Assembly: GCA_038087875.1 (NCBI GenBank)
Contig: CM075991.1
Coordinates: 8,806,001 to 8,870,000 of the forward strand
Source: Malacoraja senta
Lineage: Eukaryota
DNA length: 64,000 nt
Reading direction: 5' to 3'
A program made the position numbers and the translations under genes. Position 1 is the stretch's first letter, and every line of letters begins with the position of its first letter. The notes under the pieces were generated by a model. It was not told the DNA's origin. It ran no database searches and saw only the letters and a list, made by a program, of their open reading frames with translations. This document shows, piece after piece, positions 37,351 to 51,935 of this stretch.

Positions 37351-39285
37351 TCGGTTCGGTTTTATGCTGAATAGAAAGTGAGGAGTGCGTAGGAACAGAC
37401 AAATGAAGCAAGGATGAAGTGTTACCTGACGTCCATATAACTCTTATGACTTCATTCCTCCCGCGATGAGCGTGCATTTTCTTGGGTCTGCTCACTAGTA
37501 TCTCCATGTGATGCATGTTGCTGCACTCATTGTAAAGGAAACCTAAGAGGGGACCTGGCAGGGGGGGGGCGTTGAGAACTAAGGGGGACTCTGTGGAGTG
37601 GGGGGGGGGGGGTGCGCTGCTACCATGTGTGGCGGTTCGGTGAACTTTTATAACTTTGTTGGCACTAATATGTAGCGACACGTGCGTACAGCATCGTTGA
37701 GGTCTGCTGTATGATTTTTTTTTCAAGCTCAAGTTCGAGCTCAAGTTCGCATTTATTGTCACTTAACCAATTAAGGTACAGTGAAATTTGAGTTTTTTAC
37801 TGGGTTGTATGCAAAACAAAGCATTTCACTTGTGACAATAAATATAATTGATTTTTATTTAAGAAGGAACTGCAGATGCTGGAAAGTCGAAGGTAGACAA
37901 AAATGCTGGAGAAACTCAGCGGGTGAGGCAGCATCTATGGAGCGAAGGAAATAGGCAATTTCGGGCCAAAACCCTATACATAATTGAATTGATTCATTGA
38001 TTCCTTCCAGTAATGACTTCAGAGAAACCGGTCCGTGATAACATCCACATATAGAATAAAAATCAGCAATATGTTTATATTTTAAATAAGAAAAGGACAT
38101 TATATAGAGCACAGATGGTGTTTCAGGTTATAATTTCATGAAAGTCTCTCTACAAGTGCGCAGAGCAGATCAGTTAGAAGAGTGCAGGAAGGAACTGCAG
38201 ATGCCAGTTTAGATTGAAGATAGACTCAAAGTGCTGGAGTAACTCAGTGGGTCAGCCGGCATCAATGGAGGAAAAGGATGGGTGGCAGTTTGAAATGTCA
38301 CCTATTCTTTTTCTCCAGAGATGCTGCTTGACCCGCTGAGTTACTCCATCACTTTGTATCCGTCTTCAGTCAGAAGAGAACAGGCTGCAGAAACTGAAAC
38401 TTGTAACCTCATTGTCTTGTGTATAAAATATCAAATAGCTGGACTGCACACAGACAAAAATATCCCATGGACATCCAGTGGAATCTGTCCCCGTTGAAAG
38501 TTAATAGCTCGTGACAAATCATGATTAAAAAAATGATAAATGTACCTCATAAACGCTTCAAGACATGGAAACATAGAAACATAGAAAAATAAGGTGCAGG
38601 AGTAGGTCATTTGATCCTTCGGCCAACACGCCACCTCCACCACCTCCAGTTTAAATTCCATTTGGAATATTTTGGAGGACCAAGAAACCAAGAAACCAAG
38701 AACCAATATGATCATGGTTCAGTAACCCATTCCTGCTTTTTCCTCATATCCCTTGATTCCTTTAGCCCCAAGAGCTAAATCTAACTCTCTCTTGAAACAC
38801 CCAGTGAATTGGCCTCCACTGCCTTCTGTGGCAGAGAATTCCACAGATTCACAACTCTCTGGGTGAAGATTCCACATATTCACAATTTTCTGGGTGAATA
38901 TTCCACATATTCACAACTCACTGGGTGAAGAGAGTGAACGTGAGGAAACGCAAAGGAGGACCTTCCTGAGACACTGCGTGTATTGCAAAGGACTCTCCAG
39001 GGTGCAATGATACATCCTCCCCAAAGTCCACTCCGATCCCTGTCACTGGAAAGCAGGCCAGAAGAAGCCTACTAACCGTTTAGCCTAGTTTATTGTCACG
39101 TTTAAACGGTAGTTTAGTTTAAAACCAAACAGTGCCTCGCTACGAGAAAACGTCACACACTCTGCTCTGGCTGAGCTGAGGCCGCAGTCAAATGAGCTGC
39201 ATCTGGATCCCATTAGTGATTATTGGATCAACTCACCTGCACCTGGTCAGCCCCACTCCTTATGAACCCAGGGGTTGCAGTCTAA

Positions 39286-39513
39286 AGGGCCTGTCCCACT
39301 TTCACGACCTAATTCACGACCTCTGCCGAGTTTGCCGTTGACTCATACTCGCAGCATGGTCGTCACGAGGTCGTAGGTAGGTCGTAGCAGGTCATGATGC
39401 TAGTTGTAGGAACTCGTGGCATCAAGTAGATCGGGGCGTTTTTTCTAGCCTGATGAAAAATGTCCACGAGTAAAAAAGGTTGTGAATTAGGTCGTGAAAG
39501 TGGGACAGGCACT
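39286..39513. mobile_element. Harbinger-type MITE family B
   Basis: ~35-bp TIR AGGGCCTGTCCCACTTTCACGACCTAATTCAC; TAA TSD; reverse copy at 49824-50062. Confidence 0.88.
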
Positions 39514-39606
39514 TAATGAAAGGAGGGGGAATGAGTAAGATGAACGCTGGGGCTGGGCGGGGTACATCTAAACTAGTTATGGGCACCTACAGCATTCATT
39601 CATTCA

Positions 39607-40489
39607 TAGTATAGTATGGTATAGTATAGTATAGTATTTTAATGACCACACAGCCAAGCTGGTGGAATGTTTGGGTTGTCAGCAGCGATACAATAATAAA
39701 GAACACACAACCACAATAAATAAATGTAACACAAATATCCACCACAGCATTCAACACTGTGGTGGAAGGCACAAAAATGTGGCCAATCCTCCTCCATTCC
39801 CCTCCGTGGACAGGACCAGAGTCCAGAGTCAGTCCAGGATCGGCTCTTCCTCACCGGAGACCGCGGCTTTAAGTTGTTGCAGGCCGCAGGCCGGCTGTCG
39901 AGATTTAAAGTCTCCGCCGCAGCCAGAAGCACCGTAGACTGCAGGGCCGGCGGTCGAAGCTCCCCTGCAGGGGTGATGGTAAGTCCATGCCGGCCCCGCG
40001 GTAGAAGTTGGCCGCGGGCTGGCAGTGATGGCTTCTTCTTCTTCCCCCGGGTCCCCCACGAGGGATCCCGGGCTGTAGAACGCCGCACCAGCTGGAGCAC
40101 TGCAGACCGCGACTTCAGGCTGCGACTTCAGGCTGCCGGCTGCCCCGGGCCAGCGAAACGGAGCGCTCCCCTCCAGCGAGCCCCAGCGAGGGTTCACCCG
40201 CTCCACGCCGAGAGTCCATGCTGCGCCCACCGCTGAAGCCCCGGGCACGTCTCCGGGAAAGGCCGCGCCGATCCTTGATGTTAGGCCACGGGGGAGGCGA
40301 CCTGGAAAAAGTCGCCTCTCCATGGAGGAGGCGACCGAATCGATTTCCCCCTTAGCCCCCCACACCACCCCCCCACACAAGACACACAAAGAAACACACC
40401 ATACATACTTTAAAACATACTAAAAAATAAGAAAAAGTTGAAAAAACTGACGCGCTGCTGACATGGCCGCTGCCCAGAGCAGCGCCCCC
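39607..40489 (-). mobile_element. GC-rich non-coding retroposon, apparently full length
   Basis: Minus strand starts GGGGGCGCTGCTCTGGGCAGCGGCC; CpG-rich body; shared CCTTCCACCACAGTG...GTGGTGGAT block; (ATACT)n tail. Confidence 0.55.
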
Positions 40490-40651
40490 TACCACTCATT
40501 CATCATCGTTGAAAACATTAGCGACGCAGTGGTGCCGGTTTCCGACGGGAACGGTGACGGACGAACCACACATCTCTGTCCTCCAGTTCCTGCGGACTTC
40601 CGCCACTGGAAGTACAGGATTTTGGTGCGTGCGCTTAATCATCATTCCTTA

Positions 40652-41042
40652 AGCCCCTGCCCCACTTAGGAGACCTAAACAGCAAACCTCTGGTGACCTT
40701 GCCCGCCACCCAAGGTTTCCATGAGGTCACCGGAGGTTTTGGTCACTCTCCCTAATGGTTGAAAGTGGTTTCCGCGGTGGTCGAGGCTTCATCTCGGTTG
40801 CTGCTATTTTTTCATCATGATTAAAACCCGGCCTCGACTAAAAATAGGTTGCCGTTTTAAAATCGCTAATTATTTAGTCGCAGGTCTAGTCGAAGCCGGT
40901 TTTCTTCATAGTCGAGGAAGGTTTTCAACACATGCGTGGGAGGTGGTAGGAGGTTGCAGGTCACCTCGACCTTGATTTTTTTTGGGTGGTGGGCAATGTC
41001 ACCAGAGGTTGCTGTTTAGGTCTCCTAAGTGGGACAGGGGCT
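40652..41042. mobile_element. Harbinger-type MITE family D
   Basis: ~60-bp TIRs AGCCCCTG(C/T)CCCACTTAGGAGACCTAAACAGCAA...; TTA/TAA flanks. Confidence 0.88.
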
Positions 41043-42608
41043 TAACAGTGCCATGTACGACAGTGATCGCAACTTCTACTGAAGTGTGGATGGCCGTTGG
41101 CTCGCTAGAAGCTCATGCACCCTTTAACAGGTCTTGTTTTGGTCCTGCTGGGGGTTCACAGCCCCCTCCTCACCCGGCAAACCAGGTGGGGGGAGACGGT
41201 TTAGTCGCCGACTATCCGACCATGGAGCAGGTAGCACGGGATTACATGGTACCCGTGGCGTCACGGCCCAGCGGTATAAACGTTGATCTCTCTAATTTCA
41301 AGTAACTCTTGCACCCCCCTTCCTCACCCCACTCGAACCACTGTTCGCTTCCTTGTATCCCTGTCATTAGCACCTCTTCCCAAGCCAACAACGGGCCATT
41401 ATGGCTTCCCCCTCCCTGAGGTCATCTGTTGCCTGCATTTTTTTTCTGGCCTTTTCCCACCTCCAGTTCCTCACGCCCCCCTCCCCCTCCCACCACCCTC
41501 CCCCACCCCCCATCCCCCACCACCCACCCCTCACCCCCACCCCTCACCCCTCACCCCCCAACCCCCACCCATCACCACCCACACCCCCACCCACCTCGAT
41601 CTTTCAGTTTGAAGAGTGGTCACGATCCAAATCGTCACCTATTCCTTTTCTGACCCGCTGAGTTACTCCAGCATGTTTAAGAAGGAACTGCAGATGCTGG
41701 AGCAACCGTCTGAAGAAGGGTTTCGGCCCGAAACGTTGCCTATTTCCTACGCTCCATAGATGCTGCCTCACCCGCTGAGTTTCTGCAGCATTTTTGTCCA
41801 CCTTCGAGTTACTCCGGTATGTTGGGTCCACCTTGAACTAGATATGCTGTGGGTTAATTATAGGTTGAGGCCACTTTGTTGGCCTCAGGGGCTTAACAAT
41901 CATGCTAGGTATTGAACTGAGATGACAAGTAGATACAAATGATTTTGCTGGCAACAGTCCTGGTTTGTTTTTGAAGTAAGGATGGTGAGCCAGCACCAAA
42001 CCCATTAAATTTCTCAAGAAAGACTGGTTGCTTGTCAATCAAAAACAAATAATTGTCACATTGAACATCAAATGTATGATTAAGAGAATCGGAGGAACGG
42101 ATTCACTAGCTTTTGAGGAAGGGCCAAGGGAATAGATGCCAATTGTAAGACAACAGTGTGACTACAAAGCAGGGAAGAGAAACGTAACATTAAATTCATC
42201 AATCTCCAGGGAAGCTCAAATACCAGGATCAATATTTAGTAATTAAAAGGAGATTGGAAAGATCAAAGCTTAACTGATGGACATCAGCTGCTGTTAGGCA
42301 AGGATTCTGACAGGTTAGCTTTGCCTACAGGAACTAATAGTCCTTCCTGATTACACCATGGGTTTGGGAAACATCTGGTGCTGGATAGTTAACCGATTAG
42401 CCTAATAACCCAGGATTCAGGACTAACAATTTGACTGCATGAGTTCAGATCCCACTGTGACAAAAGGGGAATGATAATCCTGGATTCAGACATGAGTAAT
42501 ATGGGCCAGGAAGCCACTAGGTTGTGATGGAGCCCATGCTGATTACTGCGTAGGAAGGAACCGCAGATGCTGGTTTAAACCGAAGATAGATACAAAATGC
42601 CGGAGAAA

Positions 42609-42930
42609 ACCCCCTGTCCCACGGTACGAGTTCATTCCAAGAGTTCTCCCGAGTTTGCCCTGATTCGAACTCGGAGATTTACGGTAATGGCCGCTCGTCG
42701 GTACTCGGGGCTCTTGTGGACATTTTTCATCATGTTGAAAAATCTTCACGAGTCTTCCCGAGCTTACCTGCCGTTAGCGAGTCTTCCCGAGTACCTGCCG
42801 TTAGCGCTAAGAGACGTCCCCGAGCTCCGACGTACCCGCTACGTTCATTCTCCATGCTTACCACGAGTTTGATTTTTTTTTTAAACTCGGGAGAGCTCTT
42901 GGAATGAACTCGCACCGTGGGACAGGGCTA
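42609..42930 (+). mobile_element. Harbinger-type MITE family A inside a Penelope pLTR
   Basis: Removing it restores GGAG(T)AACTCAGCGGG of the pLTR. Confidence 0.85.
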
Positions 42931-43204
42931 TAACTCAGCGGGTCAGGCAGCATCTCTGGAGAAAAGGAACAAGTGACGTTTCGGGTCGAGAAGGATCTCG
43001 ACCCGAAACATCACCTATTCCTTTTCTCCAGAGATGCTGCCTGACCCGCTGAGTTAGTCCAGCTTTTTGTGTCTATCCATGCTGTTTACTGTTGTTTTGT
43101 CAGTGAAGGGAAATCGATGATCTCTGCTCTGAAATGGCCCAGTAAACCACTTGGAAAGACAAGTCGTTTTCCCCCTCCAAATGACCCCCAAATCAATACT
43201 AAAA

Positions 43205-43955
43205 ATATAGACAATAGACAATAGGTGCAGGAGTAGGCCATTCGGTCCTTCAAGCCAGCACCGCCATTCAATGTGATAATGGCTGATCATCCCCAATCAG
43301 TACCTCATTCCTGCCTTCTCCCCATATCAATAGACAATAGACAATAGGTGCAGGAGTAGGCCATTTGGCCCTTCGAGACAGCACCGCCATTCAATGTGAT
43401 CATGGCTGATCATCCACAATCAGTACCCCGTTCCTGCCTTCTCCCCATATCCCTTGACTCCGCTATCTTTAAGAGCTCTATCTAACTCTCTCTTGAAAGC
43501 ATCCAGAGAATTGGGCTCCACTGTCTTCTGAGGCAGAGAATTCCACAGATTCACAACTCTCCGGGTGAAAACGTTTTTCTTTATTTCCGTTCTAAATGGC
43601 CTACCCCTTATTCTTAAACTGTGGCCCCTGGTTCTGGACTCCCCCAACATCGGGAAACATGTTTCTTGCCTCTAGCGTGTCCAATCTCTTAATAATCTTT
43701 TTTGTTTCAATAAGATGCCCTCTCATCCTTCTAAACTCTGGTGTATACAAGCTCAGTCGCTCCATTCTCTCAACATATCACCGTCCCGCCATCTTGGGAA
43801 TTAACCTCGTGAACCTCCCTCAATAGCAAGAATGTCTTTCCTCAATTTTGGAGACCAAAACTGCACACAATACTCCAGGTGTGGTCTCACCAGGGCCCTG
43901 TACAACTGCAGAAGGACCTCTTTGCTCCTATACTCAACTCCTCTTGTTATGAAGG
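43205..43955 (-). mobile_element. CR1-like LINE 3' fragment with duplicated tail
   Basis: [24 protein letters not shown] region through TRGH; the 3' ~120 bp is present twice. Confidence 0.88.
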
Positions 43956-44524
43956 AGTGGTAACTTGGTCAGAGTGCAGACTCTAGAAAAAAATTGAAGG
44001 CCGGCATAGTCTGTTTTGTCACTTTACTGAGTAGCCAGGAGAATCCATCTGGATAACCCCAGTCCAGATCTCTGGATTATTTTGCTCTACTTTCACAACT
44101 ATTCTATCATATGCCAAGCCGACACAGTGGTGCAGCTAGTAAAAAGCCAGAGACCCAAGTTCGATCCTGACCTTGTGTGCTCTTTGAATGTGGAGTTTGC
44201 CCATTCTCCCTGTGACCGCGTGGGTTTCCTCCGGGAGCTCAGGTTTCCACCCACATCCCAAAGACATACGGGTTTGTATGTTCACAAATTCACAAGTTAT
44301 AGGAGTAGGATTAGGCCAATCGGCCCATCGTGTCTACTCCACCATTCAATCATGGCTGATCTCTGCCTTCTAATCCCATTTTCCTGCCCTCTCCCTCCCT
44401 GCCATAACCCTTGACACCTGTTCTAATCAAGAATGTGTCTATCTCTGCTTTAAAAAATATCCACTGACTTGGACATCCACAGCCCTCTGTGGCAATGAGT
44501 TTCACAGATTTTCTACCCTCTCAC

Positions 44525-45060
44525 TAATTTGAGGAAGGACATTCTTGCTGTTGAGGGAGTGCATCGTAGGTTTACAAGGTTAATTCCCGGGATGGCGGGA
44601 CTGTCATATGCTGAGAGAATGGAGCAGCTGTGCTTGTACACTCTGGAGTTTAGAAAGATGAGAGGCAATCTCATTGAAACATATAAGATTGTTAAGGGCT
44701 TGGACACACTAGAGGCAGGAAACATGTTCCCGATGTTGGGGGAGTCCAGAACCAGGGGCCACAGTTTAAGAACAAGGAGTTTAGAACAGAGACGAGGAAA
44801 CACTTTTTCTCACAGAGAGTTGTGAGTCTGTGGAATTCTCTGCCTCAGAGGGTGGTGGAGGCCGGTTCTCTGGATGCTTTCAAGAGAGAGCTAGATAGGG
44901 CTCTTAAAAATAGCAGTCAGGGGATATGGGGAGAAGGCAGGAACGGGGTACTGATTGGGGATGATCAGCCATGATCACATTGAATGGCGGTGCTGGCTCG
45001 AAGGGCCGAATGGCCTACTCCTGCACATATTGTCTATTGAATGTTAATTGGCCTCTATTA
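44525..45060 (+). mobile_element. CR1-like LINE 3' fragment
   Basis: [31 protein letters not shown]...TRGHSLR. Confidence 0.88.
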
Positions 45061-45240
45061 AATTCCGGACTGAGACACTTCGGAATTTCTTTTCCTCGAG
45101 TTTGGTGAATCTCTGGAATTTCCTACCCTGGGAGGTTGCGTAGACGGAATCATTGTGGCGTCAGTTGTGATGTTGAATCGCAATGAACACCTTGGCACAT
45201 AGAATACGGTGAACTCAACAAAAGGGCTTTATTTCCAATG

Positions 45241-46574
<1,334 letters not shown>

Positions 46575-47503
46575 AGATATATACATTATTGCTGGGGACT
46601 GGGGAATTGAAGGCTGTGGGGAACTGGTACAGAAGAGGAGATGAGGCCACAAACATATTGAATGGTGGAGCAGGCTTGAAGGGTTGAGGGGAGTGGGAGG
46701 GGGGGGCAATGTGAGAATGGAGGTTGTTGAGAGATGCTGAAATTCAGAAAAAAAGGAAGTAATAGAGCGTGAAGGCATTCGGGAATCATGTTATTTGTCA
46801 GTTTGGTAAAAGCTCGGAGCCACTCAGGGAAGTATAAACAGTTTTTTTGACTTAACAGGCAATGGTTGAAGATTAATCTGTTTTCTGCCAACTTGGTTTA
46901 CCCTTAAAATGCGTCTCAAAGCATTTAAAATGCTTTCAACTCAATTGAATTCCTCCTAATGCTCCGTGTTAGAAAATTTGATTTAGTGGGTCCCAATTTC
47001 TTCATTACTCCTTAAGCACTGGGCAGCTGTGATCCTCCACTTTATTACGCAATTTGTTTAAATAAATTCAAAGAGAATGGTTGTTATTAGAGGAGCAGAA
47101 TAAAATCCCATTTGTTCAACAGATGCTGTGCCAGTGAAGAAGTCCGCCTCTTATCAGCTGCTTATACCCAGGATTACATTGTTCCTGATGGGAACTCACG
47201 TTGTGTCCTAATCGTTTTAACTGGTGCGGTGTCTTGCCTCAATTGCCTATCCATGGGGGATGCAGTGAGAAGATTTGTTTTAATTACGAGCCTTTACGAT
47301 TCATAATGTTCTGATCTGAATTGTACTTCCCAAGAAAGGTGTCAGAGAGTGGGCTCAAAGGCTCCTGGGTGAAGAAAGACAGAAAAAAGCTGGAGGAACT
47401 TGGCGGGCCTGGAGAAAAGGAATAGGTGACGTTTCAGGTCGAGACTGGGATCACTCTCTCATGCCTAAAAAATCGGATTCATAACAATTAGTGTAAATAG
47501 GTG

Positions 47504-47555
47504 GTCAATGGTTGACATGGACTCGAAGGGCAGAAGGGCCATTTTCCATGCTGTG

Positions 47556-47586
<31 letters not shown>

Positions 47587-47781
47587 TTTTAAATATATGT
47601 TTTATATATTTTTATATATATATATATATTTATATGTGTGTGTATGTGTATATATATATATATAATATATTATATTATATTTATATATATATATATGTAA
47701 TATATTATATATATATATATATATATAATATATTATATATATATATATAATATAATATATTATATATATATATATACACAT

Positions 47782-47860
<79 letters not shown>

Positions 47861-47880
47861 TATAAAACATATATTTAAAA

Positions 47881-47911
<31 letters not shown>

Positions 47912-47965
47912 GACACAGCATGGAAAATGGCCCTTCTGCCCTTCGAGTCCATGTCAACCATTGAC
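47504..47965. repeat. AT-rich long inverted repeat (palindrome)
   Basis: Outer ~115 bp of each arm are exact reverse complements (GTCAATGGTTGACATGG.../...CCATGTCAACCATTGAC); (TA)n centre. Confidence 0.95.
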
Positions 47966-48249
47966 TGTATGTATATTTGGATTTTTGGATGATCAGCCAT
48001 GATCATATTGAATGGTAGTGCTGGTCTGAAGAAGGGTCTCGACCCGAAACGTCACCCATTTCCTTCTCTCGCCTGTCCTGCGGAGTTACTCCAGCATTTT
48101 GTGTCCACCTATCACTCGCCAGGCTTTGGCCTGCCGCTGCCTCACTTCCAGCTTTCTTCTACCACCCCCACCACAATGTCTGAAAGAGGGTCCCTCAAAC
48201 ATCACCTGTCCGTGTTCTCCGGGGATGTGTAGGCTGGAAGGAACTGTAT

Positions 48250-49083
48250 TAGATTAGATTAGATTTTATTTCTTGTCATTTGAACCTCAAAGAGGCTCAA
48301 ACGAAACGCCATACAAACAAAACAATTCCTACACGACACACAAACAATTCAATTTACAGAAAAACATCCATCAAAGTGAATCTCCTCCGCACTGTGATGG
48401 AAGGCAAAGTCTTTTCTCTCCCCTGCACCATTTTTCTCCCGATGTTGAAGCCCCAGGCGGGCAATGTTAAGTCCCACGGCCATTGAGGCCGCGCCGGGCG
48501 GTGTACGGCCTCGCTCCGGGCCCAAACGTCACAAGTTGGAGCCCCCGGCGGGCGCTGGAATGTTCCGTGGCCATTAAAGCCGCGCCGGGCGATTTACGGC
48601 CCCGCTCCGGGTCGTTCCAACCCCGCGACACGGGCGGGAGAAGTTGCGTTGCGGGAGCTCCGGAAAGCGGTCTCTCACCCGGACCCGCGAGCTCCCGATA
48701 TCACTGTCCACCGGTCTGCAGCTGGAGCTCCGGAGTCGGGCCGCAGCAGCGAGCCACCACCGCTCCCCACGCTCCGAGGCCGGCCAGCCCCACGATGGTA
48801 AGTCCGCAGCTCCACAGGCGCCACGACTGGAGACCCCGGGTCGTCCCGGTCAGAGGCCGCTCCACGGAGCTAGGCCCCAACGACAACGGAGACCCGACAG
48901 GGAAAAAGTCGGGTCTCCCGTCCAGGGAAAATATTTTTAAAGTTCCCCCTCTCCCCCCCCCCGCCCCCCACATATACACAGTTAAAAACAGTATTTAAAA
49001 AACACAAACAACTACATTTAACTAGACAAAAATAAAAAAAGACAGACAGGCTGTAGAGGCCGCTGCAGTAATCCGCGCAGCCG
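48250..49083 (-). mobile_element. GC-rich non-coding retroposon, apparently full length
   Basis: Shared CCTTCCATCACAGTG...GATGGATGTT block; 3' hairpin TTTGAGCCTC-TTT-GAGGTTCAAA; AATAAA and (AATCT)n tail. Confidence 0.55.
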
Positions 49084-49823
49084 CACGTGATAGATACCGG
49101 TCTACACCGAAGATAGGTGCAAAATGCTGGAGTAACTCAGCGGATCAGGCAGCATCCCTGGAGAGAAGGAATGGGTGACATTTCGGGTCGAGACCAGAGA
49201 AGCTGCCTGACCCGCTGAGTTTGCTTGTGGCTTTTGTTTTTGTAAACCAGCATCCGCAGTTCCTTGTGCCTACACTATAGCCATGCATGCTGATATAGAG
49301 CATGCTGCCTCTTTAAGTATTTAAAGGGAAGAATAAGTTGAGTTCAACTTTCTGGTCACATTGCATAATATAACTACCTCCATAAAGCCCGCAGTCATAC
49401 TGCCCACATACCAGGAGCCAATTTTGTCTGCTTTAGCTGTGAGATGGAATGGAAGGCCATTGAGGTCATGGATGTGGGGGATGAGATGCAGCAGCAAGCC
49501 GTTGTGTTAATTCAGTTTGCAAAAAAGGGATACGCACACTAGTTCCTTCTCCAGTATTGTTCCCAATCTTCAATCATCAAGCTCATTAAAACCAAGAGGC
49601 AGCTCTCTCTCCCCTGAGATTCAATCTCCAACAATTAACATATTGGGCATTCAATAGTTGCACACTTTAAAAAAAAGTCCACAAATGCAGCAGAAGAAAG
49701 AGTTCTCCTCGACTTGCAAAGACAGCTATCCCATTGACAGCAATCTCGCTAACTGAGGCAATAGGTTATGTTGCTATCTCACGGGCATTGTTTGCAAAGC
49801 CAGAATTTAATAGCTACATCTCA

Positions 49824-50062
49824 AGGGCCTGTCCCACTTTCACGACCTAATTCACAACCTTTTTTACTTGTGGACATTTTTCATCGGGCTAGAAAAACGG
49901 CCCCGACCTACTTGATGCCACGAGTACCTACGACTAGCATCACGACCTACTTACGATCTAACTACGGCCTCCTACGACCTCGTGACGACCATGCTGCGAG
50001 TATGAGTCAAGGGCAAACTCGGTAGAGGTCGTGAATTAGGCCGTGAAAGTGGGACAGGCCCT
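49824..50062. mobile_element. Harbinger-type MITE family B
   Basis: Reverse complement of 39286-39513. Confidence 0.88.
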
Positions 50063-50065
50063 TAA

Positions 50066-50626
50066 AGGCTCTGTCTTACCTGTTTGCGGTCATCGGCGGT
50101 GAAGCGCGGCGTCGCCGGTCGAGGGGACCGCACGGCAACGGCGAGAGCGCCGAGCCTATCCACGGGAGCGCAGCACGGATGCGCGGGGGCCGAGTGATTC
50201 AAATACGGCTGGTCCCACGTGCTTGCGGTAAGTAAAAAAAAGGGCGGGCCGACTGTGATGACGTCGGCCCGCCGCACGTGACTCACTAGCGGCGGCTGTG
50301 GCGGCGGCCGTCCTGATCGCGGCGCTGTAGCGGTGGCTGTGCCTGCGGCCGTGCCGCACACGTGCCTCACTGGCAGAGGCTGTGGCAGCAGAAGTTTGAC
50401 GCACGGCGCTCGAGCCACACTGGCGGCGGCCCGTGCGGGCGGCCGTGCCGCACTTGTGCATCACTGGTGGAGGTTGTGCGGTAAGAATATAGTTTTAAAC
50501 AGTGTAGGTTTTATTTTAGCACCGTGCGGTGTTGGGAATTGACCGCGTTCTCACGAGTGCGCGGTCTATGGCGGCAGATTCTTCCCGTTTCGCCGCCAAT
50601 GACCGCAGACTCGTGAGACAGGCCTT
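50066..50626. mobile_element. Harbinger-type MITE family G (CpG-rich)
   Basis: Imperfect ~38-bp TIR AGGCTCTGTCTTACCTGTTTGCGGTCATCGGCGG / CCGCCAATGACCGCAGACTCGTGAGACAGGCCTT; TAA on both sides. Confidence 0.78.
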
Positions 50627-51564
50627 TAAGTGTCCTGACTGGCTTGCTAGGACATTTCAGAGGACACTTCAGGGCTCAGTATATGCCATGGCTCCGGGCT
50701 CACTAAATGGTTGACCGGGTACGGTTGCTTCTCGGAGAGGAAGGGAGCTCCTGAGGGGGGTAGAGGCACCGTGCGTGGGACAGTGAGACGGGAGTTTAAA
50801 TATTTTACAAACAAAACATTACTAGGTCAGCACAATAACACAGCAATAGAGTCGCAACCTCACAGCGCCAGGGACCTGGGTTAGATCCTGACCACGGGTG
50901 CTGTCTGTACAGAGTTTTTATGTTCTCCCCATAACCTGCATGGGTTTTCTCTGGGTGCTCCAGTTTTCTCCCACACTCCAAAGACATACAGGTTTGTTGG
51001 TTAATTGGCTTTGATAAAATTGTAAATTGACCCTAGGATAGTGTTAGTGTGCAGGGACCGCTGGTCGGCACAGACTTGGTGGGCCGAAGGGCCTGTTGCT
51101 GTGCTGTAATTCTAAAAGTATCCTGACTTTCTCCTTGCTAACAATGATCTATTCTACATTTTCCTTGATGTGCATCTCCTTTGGTGTCTCATTTTCACAT
51201 CTAATCCTTCCTTATCTCTGTGTCTCACCTCCCCTGAATCTCAGTCTGAAGAAGGGTCTCGACCTGAAAGGTCACCGATTCCTTCCATCCAGAGATGCTG
51301 CCTGTCCCCGCTGAGTTACTCCAGCATTTTCTGTCTATTCTGGCTGCTTGCTAGGACATCTCAGAGGGAACTTAGGGCTCCGTAGATGCCAAGACTCTGG
51401 ACTCATGTAATGGCCGACTGGTCAAGATTGCATATCGGAGATTGAGGGAGCGCCAGAGAGGGGTGGGGGGAGGGGGTGTGGCCACATACGTGGGGAGGGG
51501 GAGACGGGATTTAAAATATTTTACAAACAAAACATTATTAGGTCAGCACAGTGAGAGGATGGAC

Positions 51565-51935
51565 ACAAGGCTTGGACAGAGTGGATGTGGAGAGAATGTT
51601 TCCACTGGTGGGAGAGTCTTGGACCAGAGGTCACAGCCTCAGAATCAAAGGACGTTCTTTTAGGAAGGAGGTGAGGAGAACTTTCTTTAGTCAGAGGGTG
51701 GTGAATCTGTGGAATTCTTTGCCACAGAAGGCTGTGGAGGCCAAGTCAGTGGATATTTTTAAGGCAGAGATGGATAGATTCTTCATTAGTACGGGTGTCA
51801 GAGGTTATGGGGAGAAGGCAGGAGAATGGGGTTTGGAGGGAGAGATAGATCAGCCATGATTGAATGGCGGAGTAGACTTGATGGGCGAAATTACCTAATT
51901 CTACTCCGATCACTTATGACCTTGTGATCTTATGA
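51565..51935 (+). mobile_element. CR1-like LINE 3' fragment
   Basis: [28 protein letters not shown]...RVVNLWNSLP. Confidence 0.88.

Noticed and set aside
38838..38930. Three ~30-bp tandem units
   Set aside because: Local slippage at the truncated end of a CR1 fragment; no spacers, not CRISPR.
39829..40389. GC-rich ORFs or CpG-island promoters (also 48483-48998, 50062-50464, 55209-55616)
   Set aside because: They lie inside repeats or MITEs; stop-poor because of GC content; no recognisable domain.
41083..41265. Structured, RTE-5'-like fragment on the minus strand; tested for an HDV fold
   Set aside because: P1 and P2 could not be closed in the right order; family assignment too uncertain.
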